Positions 12,866-25,256 of a stretch of DNA of 64,000 nt are shown here, one piece after another. Source of the stretch: Antedon mediterranea (lineage: Eukaryota; Animalia; Echinodermata); contig NC_092677.1 in NCBI RefSeq assembly GCF_964355755.1, positions 16,390,101 through 16,454,100 of the forward strand, read 5' to 3'. Numbering within the stretch: position 1 is the stretch's first letter; each line of letters opens with the position of its first letter. The translations under genes were made by a program, and so were the position numbers. The notes beneath the pieces are model-generated. The model was not told the origin of the DNA. It saw nothing but the letters and a program-made list of their open reading frames with translations, and did not search any database.

Positions 12866-15266
12866 TCTATATATAAATTTACGTAAGGGCAAAATTCGGT
12901 AAATCTCGGTTTATTTCTAGAATTTTTACTCGATGGTATATAAAGTTGGTTTGTACTTTCGGTACTGATTTTAACCATCTGATGTAACCCTGTTTACTAA
13001 TTAAATTGAGTTAGGTAATTAGTTATTGACGATTAAAACGAATTTAGGTTCAACGATTTGCCCCAAATAGGGGTGTTTTCCGATCGTGGTATACACTGTC
13101 TAATGGATGTCCATCTTGAAAAATACCCGCCACAAAAATACGAGGAGGCTTCGCATTTTCCTATCTCCTCCTACGATAATTGTTTTTAATAGCTGAAAAC
13201 TGGTTGAACAGCTAGAGTACATCATCATAATGTTGAAGACAGGCCGATTTTCTTTAAAAAATACTATTTTGATAGATTTAATATACGATTATACAAATGT
13301 ATTGATTTGCGATGAATGGAACATTCCAATCTCTGTTTCACAAGTGTCTATTCCCTCAGGCGTCGTAAAGGCAAGTACAGTACTGTATACTCGAAATTCG
13401 ATCCATTTTTGTTTTTAATCTGTGCTGCAGAGGTTGGATATAATTTTTTTTTAAACGGATAATGAGCTAGCGTTTTCACTCGCCGTATATTATGTACAAA
13501 TCTTTATTATTGCAGTTAAACCACCCACATCATCACCTTTCTCTCACTGGCATGAGTAGCGTTGTAAAACCAGTAGAGAATAGGCCTACGGTACATCACA
13601 TGCCTTAAACGCAGAACAACTTTGGTGGGTAGGGTAGGAACCAACTTAAGTATGAATTGGCTCTAAGAAACAATTGAAAACCATTAGGCCTACTAATTAA
13701 GTTGAGTTAGATAATTTAATATTTATTGACGATTAAATCGAATTTATGATTTTCCCCGAATAGAGGTGGTTTTCACAAATTGTTTAACATTATATTATAA
13801 ACATATACACGTCGTGGTGATGTATCGTTACATGTGCTGTACTATTTCAATCGACTAGGACGGTGATAGTTTTAACAAAGTATTACATCGCAATGTTTTA
13901 CTGTGTTTAGTGGTATATTATTTGTAAAACATGAAAGCAATTAATATTTCGTTACTAAATGGATAAAGAATATATTTTAACATTGTTCCTCTTTGCACCC
14001 ATCCTCTTCCCCATCCCTCAACCCTAATGTTACATACAAAACACAAATTAAGTTTGTTTAAATTTGACTTAAACAATTGGTCTTATTTAGACTTGCCCCA
14101 AGTCTGTATTTATTGTCTTTTATTTATTTGTTTTTATTTCGACCGCGATTTTTGTCTGAAAATACAGACTTGTGAAACACGTATAGAAATCGATTTGCAG
14201 ACCGCAAACATCCGATAAGAATGACGTAGGTTATCATACCGTATTTGGCTATATGGGGCGGGCGGTATGTAAATATGGATTTCGAATCAACCAATGATCA
14301 TTTTGTTTCAAAATGAAAAAGATCGAGTACGTACAGTGCTGAATGTACGATCGAGACTGAACAACTGTTGATGAAATATAAAATCGTGTTGCCAAGTTGT
14401 TTTGTTTATTAATTGTTCAGTCCTGGCCTAGGCCTCCTTCGTATGGCTACTCAACTCGTACGTATGACCTGCCAATAAATAAGGTACATACCACCACCGA
14501 CCGGCACACAATAGGGCTACACCACCACAAATACAGAACAGGACAGAGTTTGGGTGGGAATTATAAAATCAAATTATCTCCGCATAATATGATCCATTCA
14601 ATGTTTGATTTCGCGGAGAAGCTATGCCTATCATATCAAGACGAGTTTTCATGTTCTTGGGAAAAATCCCATCAAATGTTTACCAGACTACTAGGCATAT
14701 AAAATCATTTATAGCCTTCAGAAACTCAATGTACCCAAGTACACGTTGTCTAAACGTAGCATAGCGCATGCGTATCATCTTAGATGTTGAGTCTTTGAAA
14801 TTCTGAAATATGAATATTAAAACTGCCTGCGAGTGAGTAGCCAATGGCATGCGGCTGAAACTAGTCAACTGGATAATTTATGCACCAAGAATTCTTGGTG
14901 TCAAACCACGTGACTTATGCGTGTTTCCCCAGACGGAGTATCCAACTCAAGTAATACACGTATGAAACGCCATATGTGCAAAAATATTTATATTTTTACT
15001 AATATTAAGACAAAACTCCGTCTGGAGCCCAGACTAGGTCTTATTTTGTGACAAGTTTCTCTTTCGGAAGTAATAGGGTGCTAATTTTAGTTGAGTACAT
15101 AAATCACAGTGTCTATTTATTCGTTCCTGTAAACGACATGTATTATTGTCCTGCGGTACGTACATTTGAAATCGCCAGTTTTTTAACGCTGAAATTATTA
15201 TGTATTCGAGAACCATCTGTGGGCACGACCTAGATGGTACGCGAGCGAAGCGAGCGTACCATCTAG
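12866..15266 (+). mobile_element. Non-autonomous Helitron, copy A
   Basis: 5' A|TC and 3' CTAG|T, no TSD; 3' hairpin ctagatggtacgc...gcgtaccatctag; inverted homolog at 32192-33716. Confidence 0.85.
14088..15036. mobile_element. AcademH-like non-autonomous element (949 bp) nested in Helitron A
   Basis: TAG...CTA termini; 9-bp TSD GGTCTTATT (14079-14087, 15037-15045); empty site visible in Helitron B (~32735); each end is self-complementary at positions 3-7 versus 13-17. Confidence 0.8.
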
Positions 15267-15301
15267 TTATATTAATTTTATAAGTGTAAAAACATGGTTA
15301 A

Positions 15302-17595
15302 TACTCTAGTAGCTAGATCAACTTTCGTATGCACTTTGAGGTCCAGAGAATTTGACTTCAGAAATTGGTTTAGGGTGGTCAAACAATCATATTTGGCTTG
15401 GTTACACATTTTGAAAATGTGGCGAAAGGTCAAAAGGTCAAGGTGAAAGGTTGTAAGACCAAACATAAATATGTCCTTAAATCTCAACAACCACTGGTCA
15501 CAACGAGGTAATTTTGGTCTTAAATTAATCAGAAGGTATACATTTATATTCAGTCTAATGGGACATTTTAGTAAAGAATGACCGGAAATGCCATTTCTGA
15601 CCTTTGACCCACAACCCAGGGCATGTATGTATCTCCGTAACTACTGGTCGTAGACACTTGAATTTGGTTTTAAATTCTTCGAAATATATATTTTGTTATT
15701 TGTTACACATTTTGAAAAATGTTACAAAAGGTCAAAGGGTCAAGGTCAAGGGTTATTTGAACAAATAAAAAAAGGTACTTGTATCTCGGCAACCACTGGT
15801 CGCAGCAAGTCAATTTTGGTCTCAAAATGTTCAGGCATGCATTTATATTCCATCTAATGGGGCATATTAGTCAAAAATGATCAGAAATGCCATTTCTGAC
15901 CTTTGACCCACATACCAGGGCATCTTCATATCTCTGTAAGTACAGGTCGTAGAAACTTAAATTTGGTATCAAATTGTTCGAAATATACATATTTACATTC
16001 ATTGTAATAGAAAATGTGGTTAAAAAATGAACAGAAATACTATTACTAATGTTTCAAACAAAAAACATATCTACACAACTTATCCTTAGACAGTAATGTT
16101 ATGCAATAACTGATACTTTAAATTGTTTTAATTTGAAGTACTAGTTATTGCTGTCCCCGAGGACATTTTGATAGAAACGTTAAGCTCAACAGTTCTTTTC
16201 AGAATGCTAGAAGTAACTTGCCATATGTATCCGATTAAACGCCCCAGGCATTTATTGTTCAAAAGGGTTTTTAGGGGGAAAGGAGGCATCTTTATTTGGG
16301 GTATAATATGGTAACATGTATAATCAAATAAATACCACCTAGATGTAAAAAAATACTGCACAATTAATATAAAAAAGTGATAAAATTATGTCAAAATGCT
16401 TGGTAAATTGTAGATTATGGTAGTTAATGAAATGTGTTGACGTGATACAATTATTGTGTAAATGCATGTGGCGGGGCGTTTATTCCACATGGTGTTCTAT
16501 TGGAGGGAATGGTGGCGTTTATTTGAAGGAATACTCTAATTTTAATAATTGTATTTCGTTTCTCAACTGATAAAAGATACTTAATACATGATTCGTTTTC
16601 CTCTTTATGCTTTTTAACGAAATATTTCTGTCTTTTAAAATAAAAGTGATAGATTCCATTAAATGAATCTTCTCCTCCAGGTGCCAGTATAATGATATAA
16701 AACAATGACACATCATTATCCTGACACGATTGCACTCATAATGGATCTTCATTCTATCATCTATTTGTTTGTAACTACAAATTTGACAACAATCTTTTGC
16801 ATAGTTTTAAATGCCAATACATAGTTTCATTACTATTGTACAATATGTCCAGCTTTCCTGAAAACACCCTCTGTAGTACAGTGAAACTTCTGATGCTTTT
16901 ATTGTCAATGCATTCAGTACCTAAAACATGTCAAAGTTTCTAGTGGTATTGATAATAAATCTCCAGAAATATATATTGTTTTATTATCTACACTGGGAAC
17001 AGACGTGTATATGTATAAGTTTTGTCGTTGACATTCAAAACTATTATGCAACAGTGTTACATAATAATGACAATGACTTGGTCTATTATTGTGGTCTCCG
17101 ATACCTTTCATTACATGATTGTACTTCCACCAGGATAAAATGAGGTTTAATCTCGTTATTATTCTTATTATATATATATATATTTTTTCATATATATATC
17201 TGGGGTGTATTTATTTGATTATACATGTTACCATTATTACACCCAACAAAATAAACGCCTTCCCTGAATAAATAAATGCCCGAGGCTTTTATTCGGGTAA
17301 CTACAGTAAATTACTTTTAGCATTCTCAAAATGTTTGAACGTTCGGGGGTCAACAATACTTTCTAGCATTATTATAAGCAAAAGTACAATTATTACAAAC
17401 AGTAAAGGATTTGTTTTAATTCACATAATGGTGTTTGATCTTATAACCTTTGACCCTGACCTTTTGACCTTTCGCCACATTTTCAAAATGTGTAATCAAG
17501 CCAAAAATGATTGTTTGACCACCCTAAACAAATTTCTGAAGTCAAATTCTCTGGACCTCAAAGTGCATACGAAAGTTGATCTAGCTACTAGAGTA
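15302..17595. mobile_element. Non-autonomous TIR element (~165-bp TIRs, 3-bp TAA TSD), probably Academ-derived
   Basis: TACTCTAGTAGCTAGATC...GATCTAGCTACTAGAGTA with TAA on both flanks. Internal ~300-bp tandem duplication (15400-16000). Motifs tgacctttgacc and atctc..aaccactggtc resemble those in the AcademX TIRs. Confidence 0.8.
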
Positions 17596-19567
17596 TAAAC
17601 TACAATTTAAAAAATAGCAAGGATAAATAAAATACACCATAATTATTATGTTTATTACTATAATTATTGATCGATGATTATGATCAAAAATAATATGTTG
17701 AAGTGATGTACTTTTTCATTTCAGCAGCATACTGTATATGAGCAGAATATCAAACATCTGTATGCCTATAATAAAAAAAAGGAAGCATTTAAATACTATA
17801 ATAATGTTTAAGTATTGTATAATGCAAGTAACTTCAATCTTAGTAATGCTGAGACAAATTTTCATGTTGTATGGTGGGACACAGTTATGTTTAAATATTT
17901 TATTGCATTTAAAAAAAGATATGTATGATTGTTTTACTAAATTTAAGTTTATACCAGTTGTCAGAGTCAATTATTACCATACTCACTATATGAAAACTGA
18001 TATTAAATGTTTTAAAGACAAAGGCTTTATTGAATGAATGCTTTAATAATATAACATTCAATTAAATTTTGAAATAGTTTCTGCATGAATTTGTTAGTGG
18101 ATTTATTTATTCTTTGTACTGTGATTGTAATGTTTATAATGAATGGAAATAAAAAGAAAATAGCTACTTTTAATTTCTTAGCAATTCAAATGAATAGTAT
18201 TCAAATGAATAGAACATTTCAAATCAGAATGTTAAAAATTAATTTTCATGTATTGTCAGTTTTTCTACTACGGTACTGATAAAATTCAGTCTGTCTCTCT
18301 GAAAATGTTTGACTAAATTGTATCCTTCTTTTCCGAAGATTACTTTTGCAAACAAATACTTTTTCTAAATAGGCTTCTTCTTGGGATTTTACAGTATCTC
18401 ATATTGAAAAATGTCCTAAAAGATGTAGGTCTAGTGGGTTATATGTAAAGTATTTTTCTTCAATTGTAGGTTGGGCCTATCTGTTACTTACCCTAGTTAA
18501 TAGAAATGTCCATGCTACTGTACTATAACATTGATCAGAAGATACACTGTACTCAATCTTTAATACATGCAAAAAATATGGGAAAAATTGAGATTTAAAT
18601 AGATGACATAATTAATAACAGTAACAATAGCTCTGGCTCTACTATACTGCCAACCTATTAACTGTCCGAACTGTCTGGATAAGACTCATTCATTCACAAA
18701 ATAATTTTAAAAAAAAACCATTTTAATAATAGGTCAATCTAGCAATCTAGATGTCTGTGATTTGAAGACAAACTACCAATAGGTCTAGTAGACTAGGCTA
18801 GTAGTACTAGTAGTAGCCGATTTCGGTCTTCAAAGTATAGTAGTAGTGGGCGGTGGTGGCAGTGGTATTAGTAAAAGACTGTATAGTGACTAGTCCGCCA
18901 GAGCTGACCTGCAGTTAGGCAGTATAGTTACGAGTAGTCTGTAAAATATTCATATTAAAATAATAAAAAAACAGATAATGAGGATAGGCCTAGTTGTTTG
19001 TAGACCTAATATGAGCCCATGGGCCATGTCATTTGTATTCCTACTGTAGCAGGGAGGTACCCCCTGCTGTAAGCTAGGCCTAGAAAAAAAAGCTCACATT
19101 TCATTAGTGGACAATAACAAATGGACTCCAGCTAGGCCTAGGCTAGTAGTAGTAGTAGGCCTGAGGTAGCCTAACTAAAACCGGACTAGCCTAGGCCCTA
19201 GTAGAGGCTAGAGAGACTTAAATAATTATACTAATTAGGCCTCCTACTAGCTAGGCCTAGGTAGCCTCGAAGTCTGAAGAGAAAGCAAATTAGTATTAAC
19301 TAATATAATAATACTATTACTTCTACTCGCGAAATCGTACGTACGAGTACGCCAACAAAATCACCTATTATGGACAACACAATGGATGGCGCACTACTCC
19401 AATAAACTCGCCTATTGTGGACAAAAAGTCGCCTATTTTGGACAGCCAATTATGAAAGTTACCTATTATGGACAAACAACAGCGCCCTCTAGTCCCTATT
19501 ATGGACAGAAAGTCCCCTATTATGGACAGAAAAGTTACCTATTATGGACAGATTTCACCAACCCTAT

Positions 19568-19662
19568 TGCCTGAAACTGGATTGACCTGTGCCAAATGAG
19601 GTCCAATCTTAGGATCGATGGAGTGTTTTTTTACCATCACAGAAACAGATTTGGCCACCTTA
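19568..19662 (-). mobile_element. Upstream continuation of the Penelope element split at 11941
   Basis: KVAKSVSVMVKKHSIDPKIGPHLAQVNPVSG joins in frame to RFYFLPKIHK. Confidence 0.85.
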
Positions 19663-19724
<62 letters not shown>

Positions 19725-19739
19725 GTATATATATATATA
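19661..19739. repeat. (TA)n microsatellite
   Basis: Direct observation. Confidence 0.95.
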
Positions 19740-20240
19740 AATCATACTGTAAATTATAGAAACAGTGCTAATATTCGGAACATGATCTCATAATCGCGTC
19801 GAGCATAGCTCATTGGCGAAAGTTCCGTATTTTTTAGTTGTATGAAAAATGTCTCTGGCGGGATTCGAACCTGCAACCTCTCGCTTACAGGGAGAGTATC
19901 ATACCACTAGACCACAGAGCCATGTATGGTATTATCACAGATTTTCACCCACCAGATACATTCTCTCATACAACAAACGCCCTCACAATCAGTGGAGGCT
20001 TAACAAGTCAGAATAAATTCTAACTTTAATTCGCAACGGTTTTTAAAATAATATTGTGTATATGTAAATCAATGAAGTTGCGTAGCACTGTGTAAATTAT
20101 ATATAAATCATACTGTAAATTATAGAAACAGTGCTCATATTCGGAACATGATCTCATAATCGCGTCGAGCATAGCTCATTGGCGAAAGTTCCGTATTTTT
20201 TAGTTGTATGAAAAATGTCTCTGGCGGGATTCGAACCTGC
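19735..20240 (-). repeat. ~370-bp tRNA-containing repeat unit followed by a partial second copy (20101-20240)
   Basis: aaatcatactgtaaattatagaaacagtgct...ggattcgaacctgc occurs twice. Confidence 0.8.
19850..19921 (-). pseudogene. tRNA-like sequence (GTA/Tyr-type loop), likely a SINE head or tRNA pseudogene
   Basis: A box TGGTCTAGTGG and B box GGTTCGAATCC; cloverleaf has mismatches in the acceptor and anticodon stems. Confidence 0.6.
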
Positions 20241-20745
20241 TTTGTAAAATGCTAATACTGTAGTATTCACAACAAAAATGCACCGTTTCGAACTGAAGAG
20301 TGCTCTACAAAACAACATACTATATATGTATATAGCAGAAAGTAGAGGAGCGTAATAATATATATAGATATATATGTTGCCAGAAAGCTCTGCTAACTTT
20401 TCTGGCTGTTTTACTTTATCGCTTTGATTTAGCTTTCCCCCTTTTTTTGTATCTCCATTGAGATCCAGCCACTGATACCCACAGCATTATCATTATTTCA
20501 GTAATTTGCCTTTGGCATTATATATATATTCTACTGTTTGTATAAATTTTGATCTGATTTTGCTGTAATCCTGGAGAGTACTTTGAATAACTTCACCAAA
20601 TTACGTCGCCTGTCCGAGAAACGTGCCAAGTATCGTCACCATTTACATACTTTTCTTTTACATCGTTCTAAACATTCGATTTGCAGTCACATCTGGTATT
20701 CGATTTGCAGATGATGGCATGCGTTCTCGTTGGAATGCTGTCCAT

Positions 20746-21550
20746 TAAAACAAGGCCAACAGCCATTAAGTCGCGTGCTATAATGCATAGTGATACCGGA
20801 CCGACATACAGACCGATAGACCGACAGACACACCGACAGACAGACCGACAGACAGACAGACCGACCGACATAGTGAACTATACTGACCGAAATTACTGAA
20901 CATGTTTAAAAATGTTGAAATGTTTAAAAACATTTATATTTTTTTAATTTACACGTGCGTAGCCTGTCACTTTCGACGTGCTCGTATAACGTAATTTCGA
21001 GTTGAAAAGTAAGTCAAGAAAACAGAAATCGGGCAAAAAGAGTGCGTAATAACATTTACCGCGCAGTGCGCGCGCAAAAATATGCGCACTCATGGCAATT
21101 TTGTAAACGCTTAAAATTGCCTGAAATGTACTCTTATTTCATCGAAAATAAATTTTGAAAATTTTAAGCGCGCGTACGCATGCGTTACATGCGCTACGCA
21201 CGTAATTGTATTGCCATATGATGATTTATGCCCTGAAATTTATGAGTACCAAATTTTATTTAATTGTGATTCATGGTTGTGAAGATATGATTACAAACGT
21301 GATTTCGTTAAATCGTGCGTAGACCGCGTAATTTTTTATTGCGAACCGTGAAAACATAACCACATTGATTCCTGGCCATAAGGAATATACTGTGAAAAAT
21401 TGACCTAGCTAGATTAAACTAATATCAAGATAAGGTCAGAAAGCGATAAAATGCATAGTGATACCGGACCGACAGACAGACAGACAGACCGACAGACAGA
21501 CCGACCGACCGACATAGTGAACTATAGAGTCGCTTCCACGCGACTAAAAA
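20746..21550 (-). mobile_element. Helentron/DINE-1-like non-autonomous element with (CAGA/CCGA)n tracts, nested in Penelope
   Basis: Subterminal inverted agtcgcgtg/cacgcgact, small terminal stem-loop ggccaacagcc, duplicated core with microsatellite, A/T-run flanks. Confidence 0.7.
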
Positions 21551-22233
21551 TGCTTGTGAACTCAATGAGATCCAAATTGGCAATTGCCGCAAAAAGAGAA
21601 CTTCCTGCATCCGAGTTTCAAAACAAACTCAGGATTATCGCCAATGATTGCCGTAAGCATGCTGGACCCATGGTGAAGATAATTTGGAATCTTTTCTTCT
21701 CAATATAAATTCAGCCCAGCCAAGTATCTCATATACTGTAATATTTGTGGCAAACAGTACGTCGGAGAAACAAAAAACACTCTCCGTATGAGAATGACAC
21801 AACACAGATCAGCTATCAAAACATTAAAGCTTGATCAACCTGTAGCCGAACATTTTAATTCAGCTGGTCACTTTATTGCAAATTTCAGAGCAATAGACCA
21901 CGATGTCAAATGGAGCGACAAAACTCGCAAAGACAAAGAAAACCACTGGGAATTACAACTTAAAACCACAAAACCTTTTGGACTTAACATTAGGAACATA
22001 CTCCCAGATGGGTAAAATTATTCCATTGACTACCAAAATTTAAGTTTCAATATTAACCACCATTTAAGCTGTTTTTTTAGTTTAATTCAAAATTGTTTAT
22101 ATCTCTACCAAGCTACCTTCTTTGTTTTCTACTCTTATTCAGACTCCACCCTGTCTCCTTTTGTTGTATTCCTGTCCACCCAGGCAGCACTTGCCAGTTC
22201 TTATACAATGACGTTATCCAAATTCCTTCACTT

Positions 22234-22271
22234 GCACTGACGAAGGGCTAGTTTTTCCCGAAAGCTCTGCT
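22234..22271 (+). ncRNA. Minimal type I hammerhead ribozyme in the Penelope pseudo-LTR
   Basis: gca-CTGACGA-aggg(ctagttttt)ccc-GAAA-gc-TC-tgc: intact core, 3-bp stem I, palindromic AGCT in place of stem III. Confidence 0.75.
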
Positions 22272-23759
22272 AACTTTTCTGGCTGTTTTACTTTATCGTT
22301 TTTTTTTTTTGTATCTCCATTGAGATCCAGCCACAGCATTGTCATTTTTTCAGTAATTTGCCTTTGGCTTATATATATATATGTATATATATAGTCTAGA
22401 CCTATTCTCACCTGTTTTTCCTTCTTGCAATTATAAATCATCTGTTTATAATTATCGGTTTGACTGCCGTTATTAGACATCCACCGTTATCATATTGAGC
22501 AGGAAACTTTTTTGTTTCTTTTTTGTCTTACGTATGTTCATCCAACTTTTATTTCCATATATATATACTGTACAGTACATTTCTATTAATATTTATCCTA
22601 TTAACATTTTTTTTTCTATTCATTCATCAGTGATTTTTCAAACTCGGATATTCAGAGTTAGGTTACATGTTCGGAAACACAAATTGGTGCATAGATTCCT
22701 GTTGTTGGTTGCCGATACCGGATGAATACCCATGCAAAATTCAGGATGATTATTGTCATTTATACTTATATAGAGATATAATGTAAATTTAACACTTGTC
22801 ACTCTTCCACCATTATAACATTCTAATTATTTGATTGTGAATGAAGTAAAACATTATCAGTTTTAGAAAATACTATGTGAATGATAAAAAGATTAGGCCT
22901 ACAAAATTTATAATCATTTGTTCTAGTAGAACAATATCAGTGGATTTGTCAAAATCAGTCAACCGTAACATCACAATCAATAGCCTACAGCAGGGCACAT
23001 CGATCAAACTACTGATAACATTAAAATAAGGTTATAGCCTATAGGCCAAATCAGTACAACTTTTAATATTAAATGCTAAATAATGAATACACACCAGCTA
23101 AGATCGCACTCCCAAATACTTTCAATGAAAAATACTTAATGCAATCGAATATACAATGTTTCCATCACAAAAAAAGCCGCTAAATAATTGCATAAACAGG
23201 TTAAAGGGTTTTAAAAAATGTAGTTTACTGCATGCAGTAACTACAGTTGAATCATTTTGACATGGTCGTTTGAGGGCAAATAATGTAAAAATTTGTGATT
23301 AAATGAAATACTGTAGCAATACTCACCATTTACTTTTGGAATTATCGTGCCAAAAAGCGTATCCATCACTTTGTCTAATTTCTTAACCTAAATAGGATAG
23401 AATAAAATAATAGTCAGTTTAGAATAAACAATAATTATTCACTTTTGAATTCACAACAATTTTTTTCAATAATCTGACTTACCGGTACATTTGCACTTAT
23501 TTCGCCTAATATTTCGGCAGATTTGGCAAACTTGAAACTAGACCTAATTTACAACACAAGAAATATAAATATCAGACACAAGTTCACATTGTTACAAAAA
23601 GTGTAATATTGCAAAGAAGAGAAAACAATTTCTATTATTTGTATGAAACTCTACATAAAGTGAACTTCATAATCCGTTATTAGTAATTTATTGATAGTCA
23701 CATATTCACACACGTTACTTACGAATCAAGAGTAAAGCTTCCAGTTATTGCATTTTTCT

Positions 23760-24005
23760 TTGTATTCACACTGACAGAAGCTGATAAACTCATACTCTAC
23801 AGAAGCAATTTAAAATCATTAGTTTACAAGCTATAGATCTTGTTCACACTATAGTGATTGTACTTGTATTCACACTGACAGAAGCTGATAGACTCATATT
23901 CTACAGAAGCAATTTAAAATCATTAGTTTACAAGCTATAGGTCTTGTTCACACTATAGTGATTTTACTTGTATTTACACTGACAGAATGATTGATAGACT
24001 TGTTT
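23760..24005. repeat. ~105-bp tandem repeat, ~2.4 copies
   Basis: tgtattcacactgacagaagctgata...cactatagtgatt is repeated. Confidence 0.85.
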
Positions 24006-24071
24006 TTAATCATGCATAAATGTTTTCTTTTTGTGTTTATTTCTTTTTCATTATTAACTCTTAACAAATAA

Positions 24072-24627
24072 CTTTTTTGTTTACAGTTAAGCATATTTTG
24101 TTTACAGTATTTATCTTTTTCTTGTTTTTTTATCCATAGTTTTTTCTCAACTAAACTATTCTGTAACATCATAATTCAACTCATTTCTACTAATATTATT
24201 CTATTTACATATATTTTATAGCATAAACATATTTTTGTTTAAATTAAATACCTAATAAAAATATATTATTCATTTTTTAAAAATCTTTTTTGTATCATCA
24301 TCATACACATATTTTCTGCTTGTACTGTATTCTCTTTTATGTTAACTCATAACATAATTTATCAACATGTCTTATTTTAAAAACTTTCTGTATTATCTAT
24401 GTATTCTCTGCTTGTATTCTTCCTTTTACATGTTTTGTTATTCTAGCTTTTTCTTCTACTCTAACTTTTTTGTTTACAGTATTTATCTTTTCTTTATTTA
24501 TCCATAGTTTATTTTCTTACTGAATACAAACACACTTTTATTTTTCAATCATAATTCAACTCATTTCTACTAATATCATTATATTTACATTGATAGCATA
24601 AACATATTTTCTGTTTAAATTAAATAG
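24072..24627. repeat. Diverged ~160-bp direct duplication (24072-24255 and 24463-24627)
   Basis: tgtttacagtatttatcttt...atcataattcaactcatttctactaat...gtttaaattaaata occurs twice. Confidence 0.7.
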
Positions 24628-25256
24628 CAAACACTTTTTATACAAGCATATCATCCTTTTTCGCTAAAAATGTCCGTTTACAACGTTTTTTAGGTAGCAA
24701 AATGAACCAAACTTGCTCGCAAATGATACATGCGTTGATTTTGTGCACACTGCACGCGAGTTTCGAGTAACCAGAACATGATTGGTGAAATACAATCACA
24801 TGGTACAGACTTTTGTTCGTTGCGGATAATTTTGAACCTGTTACCTTCGAGGGACCAAATCACTCACGCTGATATATAGCGATACATATTAAAATAGAGT
24901 ACCAACATTAATCGATGATTTCTCATCTTTTACTATAAAAAAAACATTGTAAATATGTTAAGAAATTTTAGACTCCTAATATCGGAACGAGATGAAACGA
25001 TACAATTTATTGATTATGGCCTAACAGAATTAAATGCAAGTTCAAGTAATATTTTATCTACAGTCCATTTAAATCCATCACAATTCAGCTATTTGTTAAA
25101 TGTACTTATTTAACAATTCACATGTCTATGTTAGGGGAAACTGGTGTAAACGCTTTCGATAAATATTGCCTTGTTTTTTGACAAAATGTTTCGTTTTGTA
25201 ATAATTACAAATTAAACTTTTAAACGGCGAACTATAAGTATCGTTTTATTTTTCAG

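Larger units (their letters stand above)
11942..19567. mobile_element. 7.6-kb long-TIR (foldback/Mutator-like) non-autonomous DNA element inserted in the Penelope RT
   Basis: 11946-12280 is an imperfect inverted copy of 19103-19565, with subterminal cctattatggaca repeats. Flanked by TGCCTGAAAC at 11932-11941 and 19568-19577. The Penelope reading frame resumes on the far side. Confidence 0.85.
20374..22380 (+). mobile_element. Internally deleted Penelope element with pseudo-LTR direct repeats, same family as 10550-11941
   Basis: 20383-20525 is repeated at 22260-22380. 21663-21718 matches the reverse complement of 11346-11400. GIY-YIG remnant C.ICGKQYVGET...LRMRMTQH..PVAEHFN..E.HW..L.T..PFGLN. 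Confidence 0.85.

Noticed and set aside
19360-19552. Short repeats (cctattatggaca) with variable spacers resembling a mini-CRISPR
   Set aside because: Spacers are mostly under 15 bp and the array is mirrored at 11960-12080; these are subterminal repeats of a TIR element.
19850-19921. Functional tRNA-Tyr gene
   Set aside because: Stem mismatches, no intron (usual in eukaryotic tRNA-Tyr) and embedded in a repeated unit.
20668-21708. ORFs with TDRQ/SVCL repeats
   Set aside because: Translation of (CAGA)n microsatellites within a HINE-like element.
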